Shown piece by piece: positions 36,186 to 47,769 of a stretch of 64,000 bases of DNA. The notes beneath the pieces were generated by a model. That model searched no databases and was not told the origin of the DNA. It worked only from the letters and a program-made list of their open reading frames with translations. The stretch's first letter is position 1, and the number at the start of each line of letters is the position of its first letter. Location: sequence record NC_048674.1; one strand, 5' to 3'. The translations under genes and the position numbers were made by a program.

Positions 36186-37538
36186 ATGATTAATAATACA
36201 GAACAACATATTAGTTCTAAAGCTGTTGATGTGGTGCTAGATCCTAGCACCACTAATTTCCCAGCAACAACTAATGATGTACAAAAAATGGCTGAACTCA
36301 TACAACCCCATGCAATTGGAAGGTATGAGGATATGAAAGCGACCGAAACAAAAATGGGTATTCTCAGGATTGCGACGGAAGCGGAAGTATTGGCAGGAAC
36401 CGTGGCTGATGCAATCGTTACTCCCAAGACCCTACAAGCCAAATGGGTGCGCCCAGATGCATCAGAAACGGTTAAGGGTCTAGTTAGGTACGCTACCAGC
36501 GCGGAACGTCTAGAAACAGCAGCAAGCGCATCTATAGGCATTAATACGGCTGGTATATGGGATATCATCAGAACAAAAGCAATTGGTTCTACCACAAAAG
36601 CAGGTACGTTGAAATTATCGACGATTACCATTGGACAACAAGGGACTGATTCAACTACTGCAACAAGTCCTGATGTTGTTAAGGCAATGATAGATAAGTT
36701 CGCAGTTACTGCAAATTCCGGTGCAACTGAATTGACCTCTGGGATAGTTAAGATTTCCCCATCCCCAGTAATTAATGCGGCTTTACATAACGGTGTAGCA
36801 GTTAGCCCGAAAGGCTTTATTGAGACTCGTGCAACTCAATCAAGAGTTGGTACAGTAAAAATGGCAACTCAAGCCGAGTCTAATGCCCGTACTGCAACTG
36901 ACGTAGCCATTAGCCCAGCAACTCTTCCAATTGCATCGTCTTCCCAGTGGGGTATTGTTGCATTGACAGACGTTGCTGTGCAAGGGGCAACGAATAAAGC
37001 GTTAAGTTCTCATGGAGCAACAACCTTAGTTGCAAAAACTGGGGGAACAATGACCGGTGCATTGATTACCCCAAATATATATCTTACAAATCCCCAAGAT
37101 GGTTCACCTAATGCGGTTGTTAGATATGATTGGGCAGTTGGAGCATTCGAGGATAAACAAAACCAAATAAATGGAAAGGTTAATCGTGGAAGTGCAGTAA
37201 CTCTTAATAGAACTGATAGACAATTGATTTTTAATGCTGCTCCATATGGTGGTCATAAAAGTGGTGACTTTAATATGTCACAACCGTGGTGGAATTACGA
37301 TGGGTTAATAGTTGTATCCTCTGGTGATGATGGTAGACATATGAAGTCTAACTATATATCGAAGGCTCAAATTTCTATCCTTCAAGATAATTTCGCTAAC
37401 GCTTGGTGGATTGCAGACACCGATTCTACTTGGTGGATTGGTAGGTTTAACGCTAATGGTACTTATTTCCATACCACGGGTGACAACTGTATTATATGGC
37501 ATGTTTGGGGTGTTAATGACATATACCAAACAACCTAA
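36186..37538 (+). CDS. gp12: Short tail fibre gp12
   Basis: NNTEQHIS N-terminus, ATE...G...IAT repeats, VTPKTL. Confidence 0.9.
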   Translation: MINNTEQHISSKAVDVVLDPSTTNFPATTNDVQKMAELIQPHAIGRYEDMKATETKMGILRIATEAEVLAGTVADAIVTPKTLQAKWVRPDASETVKGLVRYATSAERLETAASASIGINTAGIWDIIRTKAIGSTTKAGTLKLSTITIGQQGTDSTTATSPDVVKAMIDKFAVTANSGATELTSGIVKISPSPVINAALHNGVAVSPKGFIETRATQSRVGTVKMATQAESNARTATDVAISPATLPIASSSQWGIVALTDVAVQGATNKALSSHGATTLVAKTGGTMTGALITPNIYLTNPQDGSPNAVVRYDWAVGAFEDKQNQINGKVNRGSAVTLNRTDRQLIFNAAPYGGHKSGDFNMSQPWWNYDGLIVVSSGDDGRHMKSNYISKAQISILQDNFANAWWIADTDSTWWIGRFNANGTYFHTTGDNCIIWHVWGVNDIYQTT

Positions 37539-37572
37539 ATACTAATATATAAAACGAATGGGGTAAAAACTA

Positions 37573-40500
37573 ATGGAAATTATTAAACCTGTATTGGATG
37601 ACCTGAAATATACTTCTGATATGCCTGTTGCTGGTTCTGGTCAAAAACAGGTTGAATGGATTAAAAATGGTGAGCAACCACAAGGTGCAGATCCTTATAT
37701 TGTTGGTGATAAAGGGGGCGTTTTAAACCGCCCCTCTACTCAAATTTCTGCTAACGTAGAGACATTGGATAAAAACCAAGAAACAATCCTTTCTAAGATG
37801 TCGGAAGTTATCGACAAGGTGAATATTCATGATGATATAATTAATGCTGGTGATGGGCGAGATTTATATCAACGAGTTGGTGATTTGGAAACCGAAATGG
37901 ATGTCCATAGCGGAATCCTTGAAGAAATAAAAGAAACCGATGTAATCCTCGACGCAAAAATCCAGTCAATTTCAGATAATATCGGAGTTGGGGATCCATC
38001 TCTTAGATTCCGAACTCTCCGAGCAGATGACCTTCATATCAAAAAAATGTTGGGTAATTATAAAGATTTTGATATTGATGGTGTTCCATCACCCGGCTCA
38101 CTTTCTTCGGGGGTGAAAGGTCAGATCGAACGTAACTATAACACTGGTGTCAACCTTGATGTTCGTGTTACTTCTCTTGAAAAATGGTGGGAAGACTCAA
38201 CTCCTGCATCTTTGAGGGAAGAAGTTAACCAGATTAGAACCGAACTTGGACAAGACCCTGATCCAACAAGGAACATTTATTCTCGTATCGGCGATTTAGA
38301 AATGGCCGACGAAACAAATTCACCTTTGGTTCAAGANCTTGTAGAACACACTGGATANGGTGAATTNCCTCTNCANTANCTTGATGTACAAACNGATTCT
38401 TATCAAACNGTAGNTAATCTATACGATTANTCTNTACATGTCAAGAAAGACGTNGATTATATTAGTGGTATCGCCAAACAAACCGAGGGTCTGTCTGATG
38501 ACTTGGCTCGTTCTCTTGGTTCGGCTAGTGATTCCACACTGGATACCACCGCTTGGGGTAGAATTAATGATCTACGTGTCCGTATGGAGAATAACGAAGG
38601 TATTCTAGGATCTAGTCCTCTAGATGGATTGCAGGGAAAAGTTAAAGAAGTAGACCAGAGAGAGAAAGAACATTTCGAAGATCTTGATGGTCGTGTTTCG
38701 AGTATATCAACTACTGTTAACGTCGAATATAGAACTTCTATTGAGGATCTACAAAATACCGTAGGTAATCCAAACACAGGTTTGGTTATCAAGGTAGAAG
38801 GGACAAAAAACGTCGCTGACGACGATTACCGTAGAATTGGTTCATATCAAGCATCGAAAGATATGTATGAACAGATGTACCGTGATTATAAGAATGGTGC
38901 TGGATATATCCCTAACCCAACAGAAACTCGGCTTGGTGCTGTATGGTCGCGAGAATATGATGGTGCTAACTGGGTATGGCGAGATTTGTTTACCACTAAC
39001 TTTGTGGTTGGTGATAACAATAAGATTACCGCCATCGACGGAACCACACTTGTTTCTTATTCTACTGGTTCTGATGGGAAATATATCCCGACCTTTGGTC
39101 ATAACGGAACAACCAAACTCCGTATAGTCGGCGACATTATCGGAAATATTTCTCTTGATACAACCTCTGATATCAGAAAATATGGGAAAACTATTCTTGG
39201 CTCTACCGATCAAACTATAAAAGTTGGTCAGAGTGATAAGAATATAGTTATGGTTGGTAAGGATATCGATTCTTTCAAGTATAACACACCAACCGGTGAA
39301 TTTGATGTTCTGCATATTGGGAACTACAAAAAATATATCACCGACGTTAACCCAGAGAATGGATTTACCCTAAACCAGAATGCGGTAATTGGTTATGCAG
39401 GCGCAGATGTTATTAAATTAGATAACACTACAATAAATATTGGTTCTGCTAATACAAACCTCGCATTTAAGGGAAATGTCAGCGAATTGATTATGGACCA
39501 AGACAAAGCGTTTAAGATGAATGTTGGTATGGGTAAACATCTAAACGTGGTCAATAACTTTGGTGGAATATTGACATACGGTGATATTGAAACTACTAAC
39601 GTATTTGCAACGGACCTTTATATTCAAGGTACTGGGGTTGATCGGTTTAAGGTTTGGCACCAAGGTATGGATGCACCCGCAGATGGTAGTTTTTACGCTC
39701 GTAAGAACAACCAATGGATGGTCGTTGAACAGGGTGGTTCTGGTACTGGTATTATTGGTGATGCACCACAGTCCGGATTGGCATACGCTCGGGTAAATGA
39801 CGATGGTGTTGGTTTCTGGCAAGCCGTAGGCGAAAGAAATATAACCCTAGCAGAAAACGTATCTATAATGGCAAAAACCAATAGTGGTACGATTACTGCA
39901 TTTACCGTTGATTCTGCAACCGTAACAACTCGAATTGGTGGAACTACAGGGAAAATAAACCTTCGTGGTACTGTATCCGATTTCAAATTAGAAAGTAAAA
40001 TTTCTACATCTTATGGTTCTCTTTTAGAAAGTACCCAAACCAAAATAGTGATCGGCGACACAACCACACCAGTGAATGTATATTCTACTGGGAATCTGTT
40101 TGTTGGTGTTGGTTCTGATGCTAAGAAAGTTTGGACCGACGCACATGACGCACCAAACAACGCGAATTTCTACGCTCGTAAGGGTGGGCAATGGACTCTA
40201 ATCCATGACGGTATAGACCCAACCAAGGATGTTTCTGTTGGTGAAACCAGCGATTTCATCATTGGTGGATATAACGTAGCCAAGGTGGATACAGTTGGTG
40301 TCGATAAGCTAATGGTTATTGGTGATAGTAGAACGTTCATGAAGTTTGACGGTAAGGTAACTAACCTCAAGCTTGCAGAAGTAGGTGCCAATAATAGTTT
40401 CGGTATTACCACACAGGTAAATAATGTCGATAAGAACATAATTAGTATATCGCAACCTTCTACAGAAAAGTTTATCGCAATTGGTGACACCGATCTACCG

Positions 40501-40698
40501 GTTCGTATTACCGCATCTGAGGTAACAATCAATGACGATAAAGTCCTCACAAAGGATAGTTTCGAAGCACCAGCAGACGGAAACAAGTACGTAAGACAAG
40601 ATGGTCAGTGGACAAGAGCGTATTACTACGGTGATTTTGCTACAGACGCACCGACCAGTCCTAAAGAAGGTGATGTGTTCTTCGAATTCATCAACTAA
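37573..40698 (+). CDS. wac: Fibritin (whisker) with multiple foldon-like motifs
   Basis: N-terminal WIKNGE..GAD..LNRP, long coiled coil, repeated DAP.DG..Y.R....W motifs; contains Ns. Confidence 0.92.
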   Translation: MEIIKPVLDDLKYTSDMPVAGSGQKQVEWIKNGEQPQGADPYIVGDKGGVLNRPSTQISANVETLDKNQETILSKMSEVIDKVNIHDDIINAGDGRDLYQRVGDLETEMDVHSGILEEIKETDVILDAKIQSISDNIGVGDPSLRFRTLRADDLHIKKMLGNYKDFDIDGVPSPGSLSSGVKGQIERNYNTGVNLDVRVTSLEKWWEDSTPASLREEVNQIRTELGQDPDPTRNIYSRIGDLEMADETNSPLVQXLVEHTGXGEXPXXXLDVQXDSYQXVXNLYDXSXHVKKDXDYISGIAKQTEGLSDDLARSLGSASDSTLDTTAWGRINDLRVRMENNEGILGSSPLDGLQGKVKEVDQREKEHFEDLDGRVSSISTTVNVEYRTSIEDLQNTVGNPNTGLVIKVEGTKNVADDDYRRIGSYQASKDMYEQMYRDYKNGAGYIPNPTETRLGAVWSREYDGANWVWRDLFTTNFVVGDNNKITAIDGTTLVSYSTGSDGKYIPTFGHNGTTKLRIVGDIIGNISLDTTSDIRKYGKTILGSTDQTIKVGQSDKNIVMVGKDIDSFKYNTPTGEFDVLHIGNYKKYITDVNPENGFTLNQNAVIGYAGADVIKLDNTTINIGSANTNLAFKGNVSELIMDQDKAFKMNVGMGKHLNVVNNFGGILTYGDIETTNVFATDLYIQGTGVDRFKVWHQGMDAPADGSFYARKNNQWMVVEQGGSGTGIIGDAPQSGLAYARVNDDGVGFWQAVGERNITLAENVSIMAKTNSGTITAFTVDSATVTTRIGGTTGKINLRGTVSDFKLESKISTSYGSLLESTQTKIVIGDTTTPVNVYSTGNLFVGVGSDAKKVWTDAHDAPNNANFYARKGGQWTLIHDGIDPTKDVSVGETSDFIIGGYNVAKVDTVGVDKLMVIGDSRTFMKFDGKVTNLKLAEVGANNSFGITTQVNNVDKNIISISQPSTEKFIAIGDTDLPVRITASEVTINDDKVLTKDSFEAPADGNKYVRQDGQWTRAYYYGDFATDAPTSPKEGDVFFEFIN

Positions 40699-40709
40699 AA
40701 GGGTTTACG

Positions 40710-42206
40710 ATGGCTAACAAAGTGTATAAAAATGGGGTGGTGCATGACACCATCCCATCCATTTATAAAAATAACTGGCATAGGTCCGTACCGTGGGTTT
40801 TTTCTAATGGGGCATGGCATAGAGCTTATGACCTTGGCGACGAAAACCTATTAGCAAATAGTCGAATGTTGAATGGTACTGATATTTTTTGTTATTCTGA
40901 CGGGGTTGTTATTGGAAACGTTCCACCATGCTATACCGTTTATAATAACTCGACAAATACGGGAAATAACGCTTTTGCTATAAGCTTCAACCAAGATAAT
41001 GAAAATACGAAAGGATATACATTCAGAACTATTGATAGTCGAATGTTCTTCCAAACCCGTATTTCGTTAAAGGCTGGAAAAACTTATACCGCAAGCGTTA
41101 TGGTTAAAAACAACGATCTTACGTTGGTTCATAGTGGTGTACTTGCTGATATATACATGGACAATGGTGACCCCATTGATAATTATCTAACATTTAAAAC
41201 TAAATTTGATAATAATCCATTAATTGGTGATGAGAGAACCCGTATATACTCTACTTTCACCGCAAAGAAAGACTGTCTAATACAATTTAACTTTGGTGTT
41301 GGAGTTAGATATAACACAAATGGTGATTTCTCTTTTGATTCACCTATGGTTACAAATACAAATATCCTGATCGATTATCAACCAACCCCCCACGTTTTAA
41401 CCAACGAAGCAATTATTTTAAATAGAGACGCTGGATTCTCTACCACTGGTTCTTTGATGGTTGCGAACAAGACACATAAAGTTTCTGGTGGCCTTGTTAT
41501 TGGTGATATCGCTACAGAACTAGTGATAGCTTCAAAAAACGTTGGTGGTATTTCTACTGGTATGGGTATAAATCTAGAAACTAACACATTCTGGGTTAAA
41601 ACTCCCGATGGTGCTTATCATACCAAACCGTTGAAAAGACCATTACCAAGAAATAACAGTATTGGTGTATCTGTTTGGTTTGATGTATCTAACGGATTTG
41701 CCCAAAACATAAGGTTGTATGTAAACGGTGAAGTATACGCAAGAATAACAGACCCATATCTTAGTCTTGATACAGGGCTTAATACTGTATTCGGGCTAAA
41801 TAGTAATAACATCACCATTGAACAATTTGAAATTTACATGGATGGAAACAGTCATCTATTTAATATTTCAAATCAGGGTAATGGAAAATTGGTATCTACT
41901 GATGGAAAACTGGTTCTTGATATCGTCGGTGATACAATTTGGTGGAGTACGGTTGCGCCTAAAATAACGAAACAACCACAAGTTATATATAACGCGCAAG
42001 TTGGTGATACGGTCGTGATAGAATCGGATTGTGATAGATTTTCCACGGTTCAATGGAAAACCTCAAGGGGTGTTGAAGTAGGTAATTCTAAAAATCTAGA
42101 GATAGAAGTTACCCCAACTCTAGACACATCAATTTTCTATTACGCCATTTATAAGAACAGTTATGGTCAAGTAACCACTCGCTCAACTAGGATCCAAATA
42201 TCTTAA
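40710..42206 (+). CDS. Putative virion adhesin/appendage protein with C-terminal Ig-like domain
   Basis: Beta-rich; ends APKITKQPQ...VQW...YYAIYKNSYG; sits between wac and gp13. Confidence 0.65.
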   Translation: MANKVYKNGVVHDTIPSIYKNNWHRSVPWVFSNGAWHRAYDLGDENLLANSRMLNGTDIFCYSDGVVIGNVPPCYTVYNNSTNTGNNAFAISFNQDNENTKGYTFRTIDSRMFFQTRISLKAGKTYTASVMVKNNDLTLVHSGVLADIYMDNGDPIDNYLTFKTKFDNNPLIGDERTRIYSTFTAKKDCLIQFNFGVGVRYNTNGDFSFDSPMVTNTNILIDYQPTPHVLTNEAIILNRDAGFSTTGSLMVANKTHKVSGGLVIGDIATELVIASKNVGGISTGMGINLETNTFWVKTPDGAYHTKPLKRPLPRNNSIGVSVWFDVSNGFAQNIRLYVNGEVYARITDPYLSLDTGLNTVFGLNSNNITIEQFEIYMDGNSHLFNISNQGNGKLVSTDGKLVLDIVGDTIWWSTVAPKITKQPQVIYNAQVGDTVVIESDCDRFSTVQWKTSRGVEVGNSKNLEIEVTPTLDTSIFYYAIYKNSYGQVTTRSTRIQIS

Positions 42207-42217
42207 GGGGCATTAAA

Positions 42218-42361
42218 ATGCAAACCGCTGTACTTTTATTCTTTAGGACAATAGGTCTCGAAATTCTAACTCAGTTGCTTAAGGTGGCGGCGGAAGCAAT
42301 CACCAAAAAACAGAAGCAGAATGAAGAAGATAAAGAGGCTAACAAAAATAAAGAACAATAA
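42218..42361 (+). CDS. Small amphipathic protein (47 aa)
   Basis: Hand-translated MQTAVLLFFRTIGLEILTQLLKVAAEAITKKQKQ...; AAGGGG RBS. Confidence 0.6.
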   Translation: MQTAVLLFFRTIGLEILTQLLKVAAEAITKKQKQNEEDKEANKNKEQ

Positions 42362-42434
42362 TTAAAAGCCCCGTTCGTTTATTCGTTCGGGGCTTTTCTC
42401 TAAATACCATTGTAAACTATTAAAGGAAGATAAA

Positions 42435-43355
42435 ATGTATAATACCTGTAATAACCCTAAAGAACTAAAAGATAATATTCTTCGTCGGTTAGGTGCTCCA
42501 ATTATAAATATTGAGGTTACAGAAACTCAGATCTATGACAGTATCGGGCGGGCTCTTGAACTTTATAAAGATTACCACCATGATGCACTAAACCGGGCCT
42601 TTATAACCTGTATTCTAACCGAAGAACAAGCCATGACCGGGTATATCGATTTGAGTGAATACCCAGTATTCGCAGTAACTAGAATTCTGCGTAGTATGGT
42701 CGGTAATATGACTCTGTTAGGTGGTGGTGTTCCTCTAAACTGGTTTGCTAGTTTCATTACTGGGTTAGCAACGAGTGGCGTTGGTTCTTGCTACCATGGA
42801 CCTTTTGGGACAATCGGTTCCGTTGGATATTTTGCTGCATTTAGTTCCTATCAGAAACTCCTACAAGACCAATTAAATCCACTACCGGATTATGATTTTG
42901 ATACCAAATCTGGGATTCTACAGATCACACACAACAACCTCAAAAAAGGTGATGTGATGGTTATTGAAGCATATGTTCAAAACTTCGTAGACCTTGACGA
43001 ATACGCATTTAACGATATAGGTAGTGCTTTACCAATAGGGCACGGTGTACCTGCATCAGATTTAGAAAATAAATGGTCTAACCCATACAAGAAACTCCCC
43101 CAAAGCGTCATAGGAAGCGCAAGGAACGATTTCCCAGACCAGAAGGTATATAACAACAGGTGGGTTAAAGATATGTCCACAGCGCTCGTTAAAGAGGTTT
43201 GGGGGAATATAATGGCTAAACACCAAGGGATGCAACTCCCCGGTGGAGTAACTGTTGACGGAACTAGACTAATCCAAGAAGCCAAACAAGAAATTGAGAC
43301 CCTTCGAGAGGAATTGCTTCTGTTGGCTGGTCCAGATCCAATTATTATGGGGTAA
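42435..43355 (+). CDS. gp13: Neck protein gp13
   Basis: NPKELKDNILRRLGAPIINIEV, LPGGVTVDG. Confidence 0.96.
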   Translation: MYNTCNNPKELKDNILRRLGAPIINIEVTETQIYDSIGRALELYKDYHHDALNRAFITCILTEEQAMTGYIDLSEYPVFAVTRILRSMVGNMTLLGGGVPLNWFASFITGLATSGVGSCYHGPFGTIGSVGYFAAFSSYQKLLQDQLNPLPDYDFDTKSGILQITHNNLKKGDVMVIEAYVQNFVDLDEYAFNDIGSALPIGHGVPASDLENKWSNPYKKLPQSVIGSARNDFPDQKVYNNRWVKDMSTALVKEVWGNIMAKHQGMQLPGGVTVDGTRLIQEAKQEIETLREELLLLAGPDPIIMG

Positions 43356-43358
43356 TAT

Positions 43359-44150
43359 ATGTACGATTCTAATCTATTTGCCAGACTAGAAGATGGTTCC
43401 GGATATGAGGATTCAACTAATAAGAAAGAAGTATTGAATCCTCATGTTAATAATTATGGTCATGGCTATACACAAGCATTTGCTAGACATTTAATGTCAG
43501 AAGCAATCCAAATGAAAGGAATTGAGGTTTTCTATATTCGAAGGGAACTGGTGAAACTTGACCTTTTGTACGGGGAAGATATGCAATCCAAATTCAACAA
43601 CGCTTTCCGGGTTGCTATGTATTTGGAAAACTTTGAAGGGTATCAGGGACGTCAGGAATTTTTCTCAAAATTTGGTATGAGTGTAAATGATGAGGCTGAA
43701 TTCTCTGTATCCCCAGAACTGTTTAATAGACAAGGGGATGGAGAGAAGGCAAGAGAGGGAGACCTAATATATTTCCCTATGAATAATGCCCTTTTCGAAG
43801 TAACTTGGGTTGAACCAAATAACCCATTCTATCAAAATGGACAAGAAACACTGTATAAAATTACAGCACAGAAATTCATATATTCTGGTGAAGAGATTCA
43901 ACCCGAGTTTAGTCCATCTGATTATATTATGAACCCCGCACTTGATCCGGTTCGTAAACTCGATAAACGAGTTGATACATCGATTCTTGAATATGAAGAA
44001 GATGATTTTGTTTCTGACGAAGCAGATGATTTTGTAGAAGAATTTGATGTGTTAATTGGTACTGGTGCCCCGGTTGCAGAAGCTCCATATCAACCATTTG
44101 TTAAGGGTCAAACTAATAAAGACCCATTCAGTGATCTTGACTTTAGATAA
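43359..44150 (+). CDS. gp14: Neck protein gp14
   Basis: EAIQMKG, SKFG, EGDLIYFP. Confidence 0.96.
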   Translation: MYDSNLFARLEDGSGYEDSTNKKEVLNPHVNNYGHGYTQAFARHLMSEAIQMKGIEVFYIRRELVKLDLLYGEDMQSKFNNAFRVAMYLENFEGYQGRQEFFSKFGMSVNDEAEFSVSPELFNRQGDGEKAREGDLIYFPMNNALFEVTWVEPNNPFYQNGQETLYKITAQKFIYSGEEIQPEFSPSDYIMNPALDPVRKLDKRVDTSILEYEEDDFVSDEADDFVEEFDVLIGTGAPVAEAPYQPFVKGQTNKDPFSDLDFR

Positions 44151-44212
44151 AATATAAAGGCGGGGGAAACCCCGCTTCCCTAAATACAATAAATACATAT
44201 GGAGTATAAATT

Positions 44213-45025
44213 ATGTTTGGATATTTCTATAATAGCTCAATGCGTAGATATACGGTTTTGCTAATGGACCTCCTTAGCGGTGTACAAGTAGAACGTACAC
44301 GGGGAGACCAAAAATTTTATAATAAAGTACCAATTACAAACGCATCAAAAGAGAGATTTATCATAAAGCTTAACAATGCGTTTAGCAACAATTATGATGG
44401 TGATATGGCTCGTGGTGAAACCATTCTCCCTAGAATAAATATCCATATGGTGGATATGATGTATAACTCCCAGTATAAAACAGGTATGCAGGGAAGACAA
44501 GCATCTGATCAAAACAATAAGTCATATAATATTTTCAACCCAGTACCTTGGAAATTTACTTTTGAGGTTTCTATTCATACCAGATATGAAACTGATATGC
44601 ATACCATCGTAGAGCAAATTCTACCATATTTCCAACCTAACTTCCCATGCAAAATTGTTGAACTTCATGACGGTAAAACTCCCGTTGATAGAGATATTCA
44701 GATAACAATCCAATCTGTTTCTATGTCGGAAGAATTAGAAGGAGACCGTGGAGAACGTCGTCGTCTAGAATGGACCTTATTCTTTGAACTAGATGGGTGG
44801 ATGTATGCGAACTTTGCAGACCTTAAAGGTGAGATCAAAACCACATATCTTGATTTCTTTGGGAATATGAAAAGATTACCGATTGAAGCTTATGAATCCG
44901 TTGATTCACAGGTGGTTCCTTTTGATTCCACACCAAACACATGGAATGGGGATTATATAGAAACTTGCTCTGCTGGAGTACCAATCCCCGTAGATCCAGA
45001 ACCATCAAAACCAAGAGAGAATTAA
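44213..45025 (+). CDS. gp15: Tail sheath terminator gp15
   Basis: MFGYFYNSSMRRY, EQILPYFQP. Confidence 0.96.
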   Translation: MFGYFYNSSMRRYTVLLMDLLSGVQVERTRGDQKFYNKVPITNASKERFIIKLNNAFSNNYDGDMARGETILPRINIHMVDMMYNSQYKTGMQGRQASDQNNKSYNIFNPVPWKFTFEVSIHTRYETDMHTIVEQILPYFQPNFPCKIVELHDGKTPVDRDIQITIQSVSMSEELEGDRGERRRLEWTLFFELDGWMYANFADLKGEIKTTYLDFFGNMKRLPIEAYESVDSQVVPFDSTPNTWNGDYIETCSAGVPIPVDPEPSKPREN

Positions 45026-45026
45026 A

Positions 45027-45539
45027 ATGAGTGAATTAGATATGAAAAGTCTACTTGATGTGTCTGGGTTGCCCGGATTTGATGGTGGCGAAGTTGTTGT
45101 GTATGAACCAACTGTATTACTTCCGGTGGAATCCAACCCGTTAGATAGAGCAAAAGACCTATCAGACGATTACAGTTTGGCTAGACAAGCATTAAACCAA
45201 CAACAACAAATGATTATGGCTATGGCGGCAATTGCATTGGAGAATGCAAAGAATTCAGAGAGTCCAAACCAAGTTAATGCGTTTACTCAGTTAATGGGAA
45301 CGTGGACTGCTAATACAAAGGAAATTCTTAAGCTCCATAAAGAAATGGACGCAATTACAGCCGAGAAAACAAAGACTGGTGGAAATAAACCAGAAACTCC
45401 TAGCCCGAGTATGAATATTGAAAACGCTACTGTTTTTATGGGAACCCCTGCTGAACTAATGCTAAGAGAAGGAACCCAAACACAGGCTCAATCTCTTGTT
45501 ATTGATGGTGAATCAGAAGAGGTTAAAAATGCAACTTAA
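45027..45539 (+). CDS. gp16: Terminase small subunit gp16
   Basis: DDYSLAR, IENATVFMGTPAEL. Confidence 0.92.
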   Translation: MSELDMKSLLDVSGLPGFDGGEVVVYEPTVLLPVESNPLDRAKDLSDDYSLARQALNQQQQMIMAMAAIALENAKNSESPNQVNAFTQLMGTWTANTKEILKLHKEMDAITAEKTKTGGNKPETPSPSMNIENATVFMGTPAELMLREGTQTQAQSLVIDGESEEVKNAT

Positions 45540-45834
45540 TTGGCGAGACCATATAAAAACAGAAGAACATCTAAGGGCTTATATTGACCTAGACAGAACG
45601 GAATTTAATGACCATCTAATTAGTACATCGTGGGATATTCTAACACACAGAAATGGTGTTAGAGTTCAAGTTGTTAATTATCCACTTGTTAGAGAACTAT
45701 ACACCTATATTTTTTCTAAATTAGGATATGATGTTTCTGGTGATAAATATATCATCGGGAACTCTGTTATCAAATTTACTAATAAGTTAGATATCCCCAG
45801 AGGTTCATTCTATCGATATATTTTTGAGGGATAA
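45529..45834 (+). CDS. Hypothetical protein inserted between terminase genes
   Basis: 101-aa ORF from the ATG at 45529 after a GAGG RBS. Confidence 0.7.
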   Translation: MQLNWRDHIKTEEHLRAYIDLDRTEFNDHLISTSWDILTHRNGVRVQVVNYPLVRELYTYIFSKLGYDVSGDKYIIGNSVIKFTNKLDIPRGSFYRYIFEG

Positions 45835-47757
<1,923 letters not shown>

Positions 47758-47769
47758 AAGGAAAATAAA

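Noticed and set aside
38337-38455. Apparent disruption of wac (likewise 4005-4076 and 60109-60322)
   Set aside because: Ambiguous N bases, not real stops; frames remain continuous
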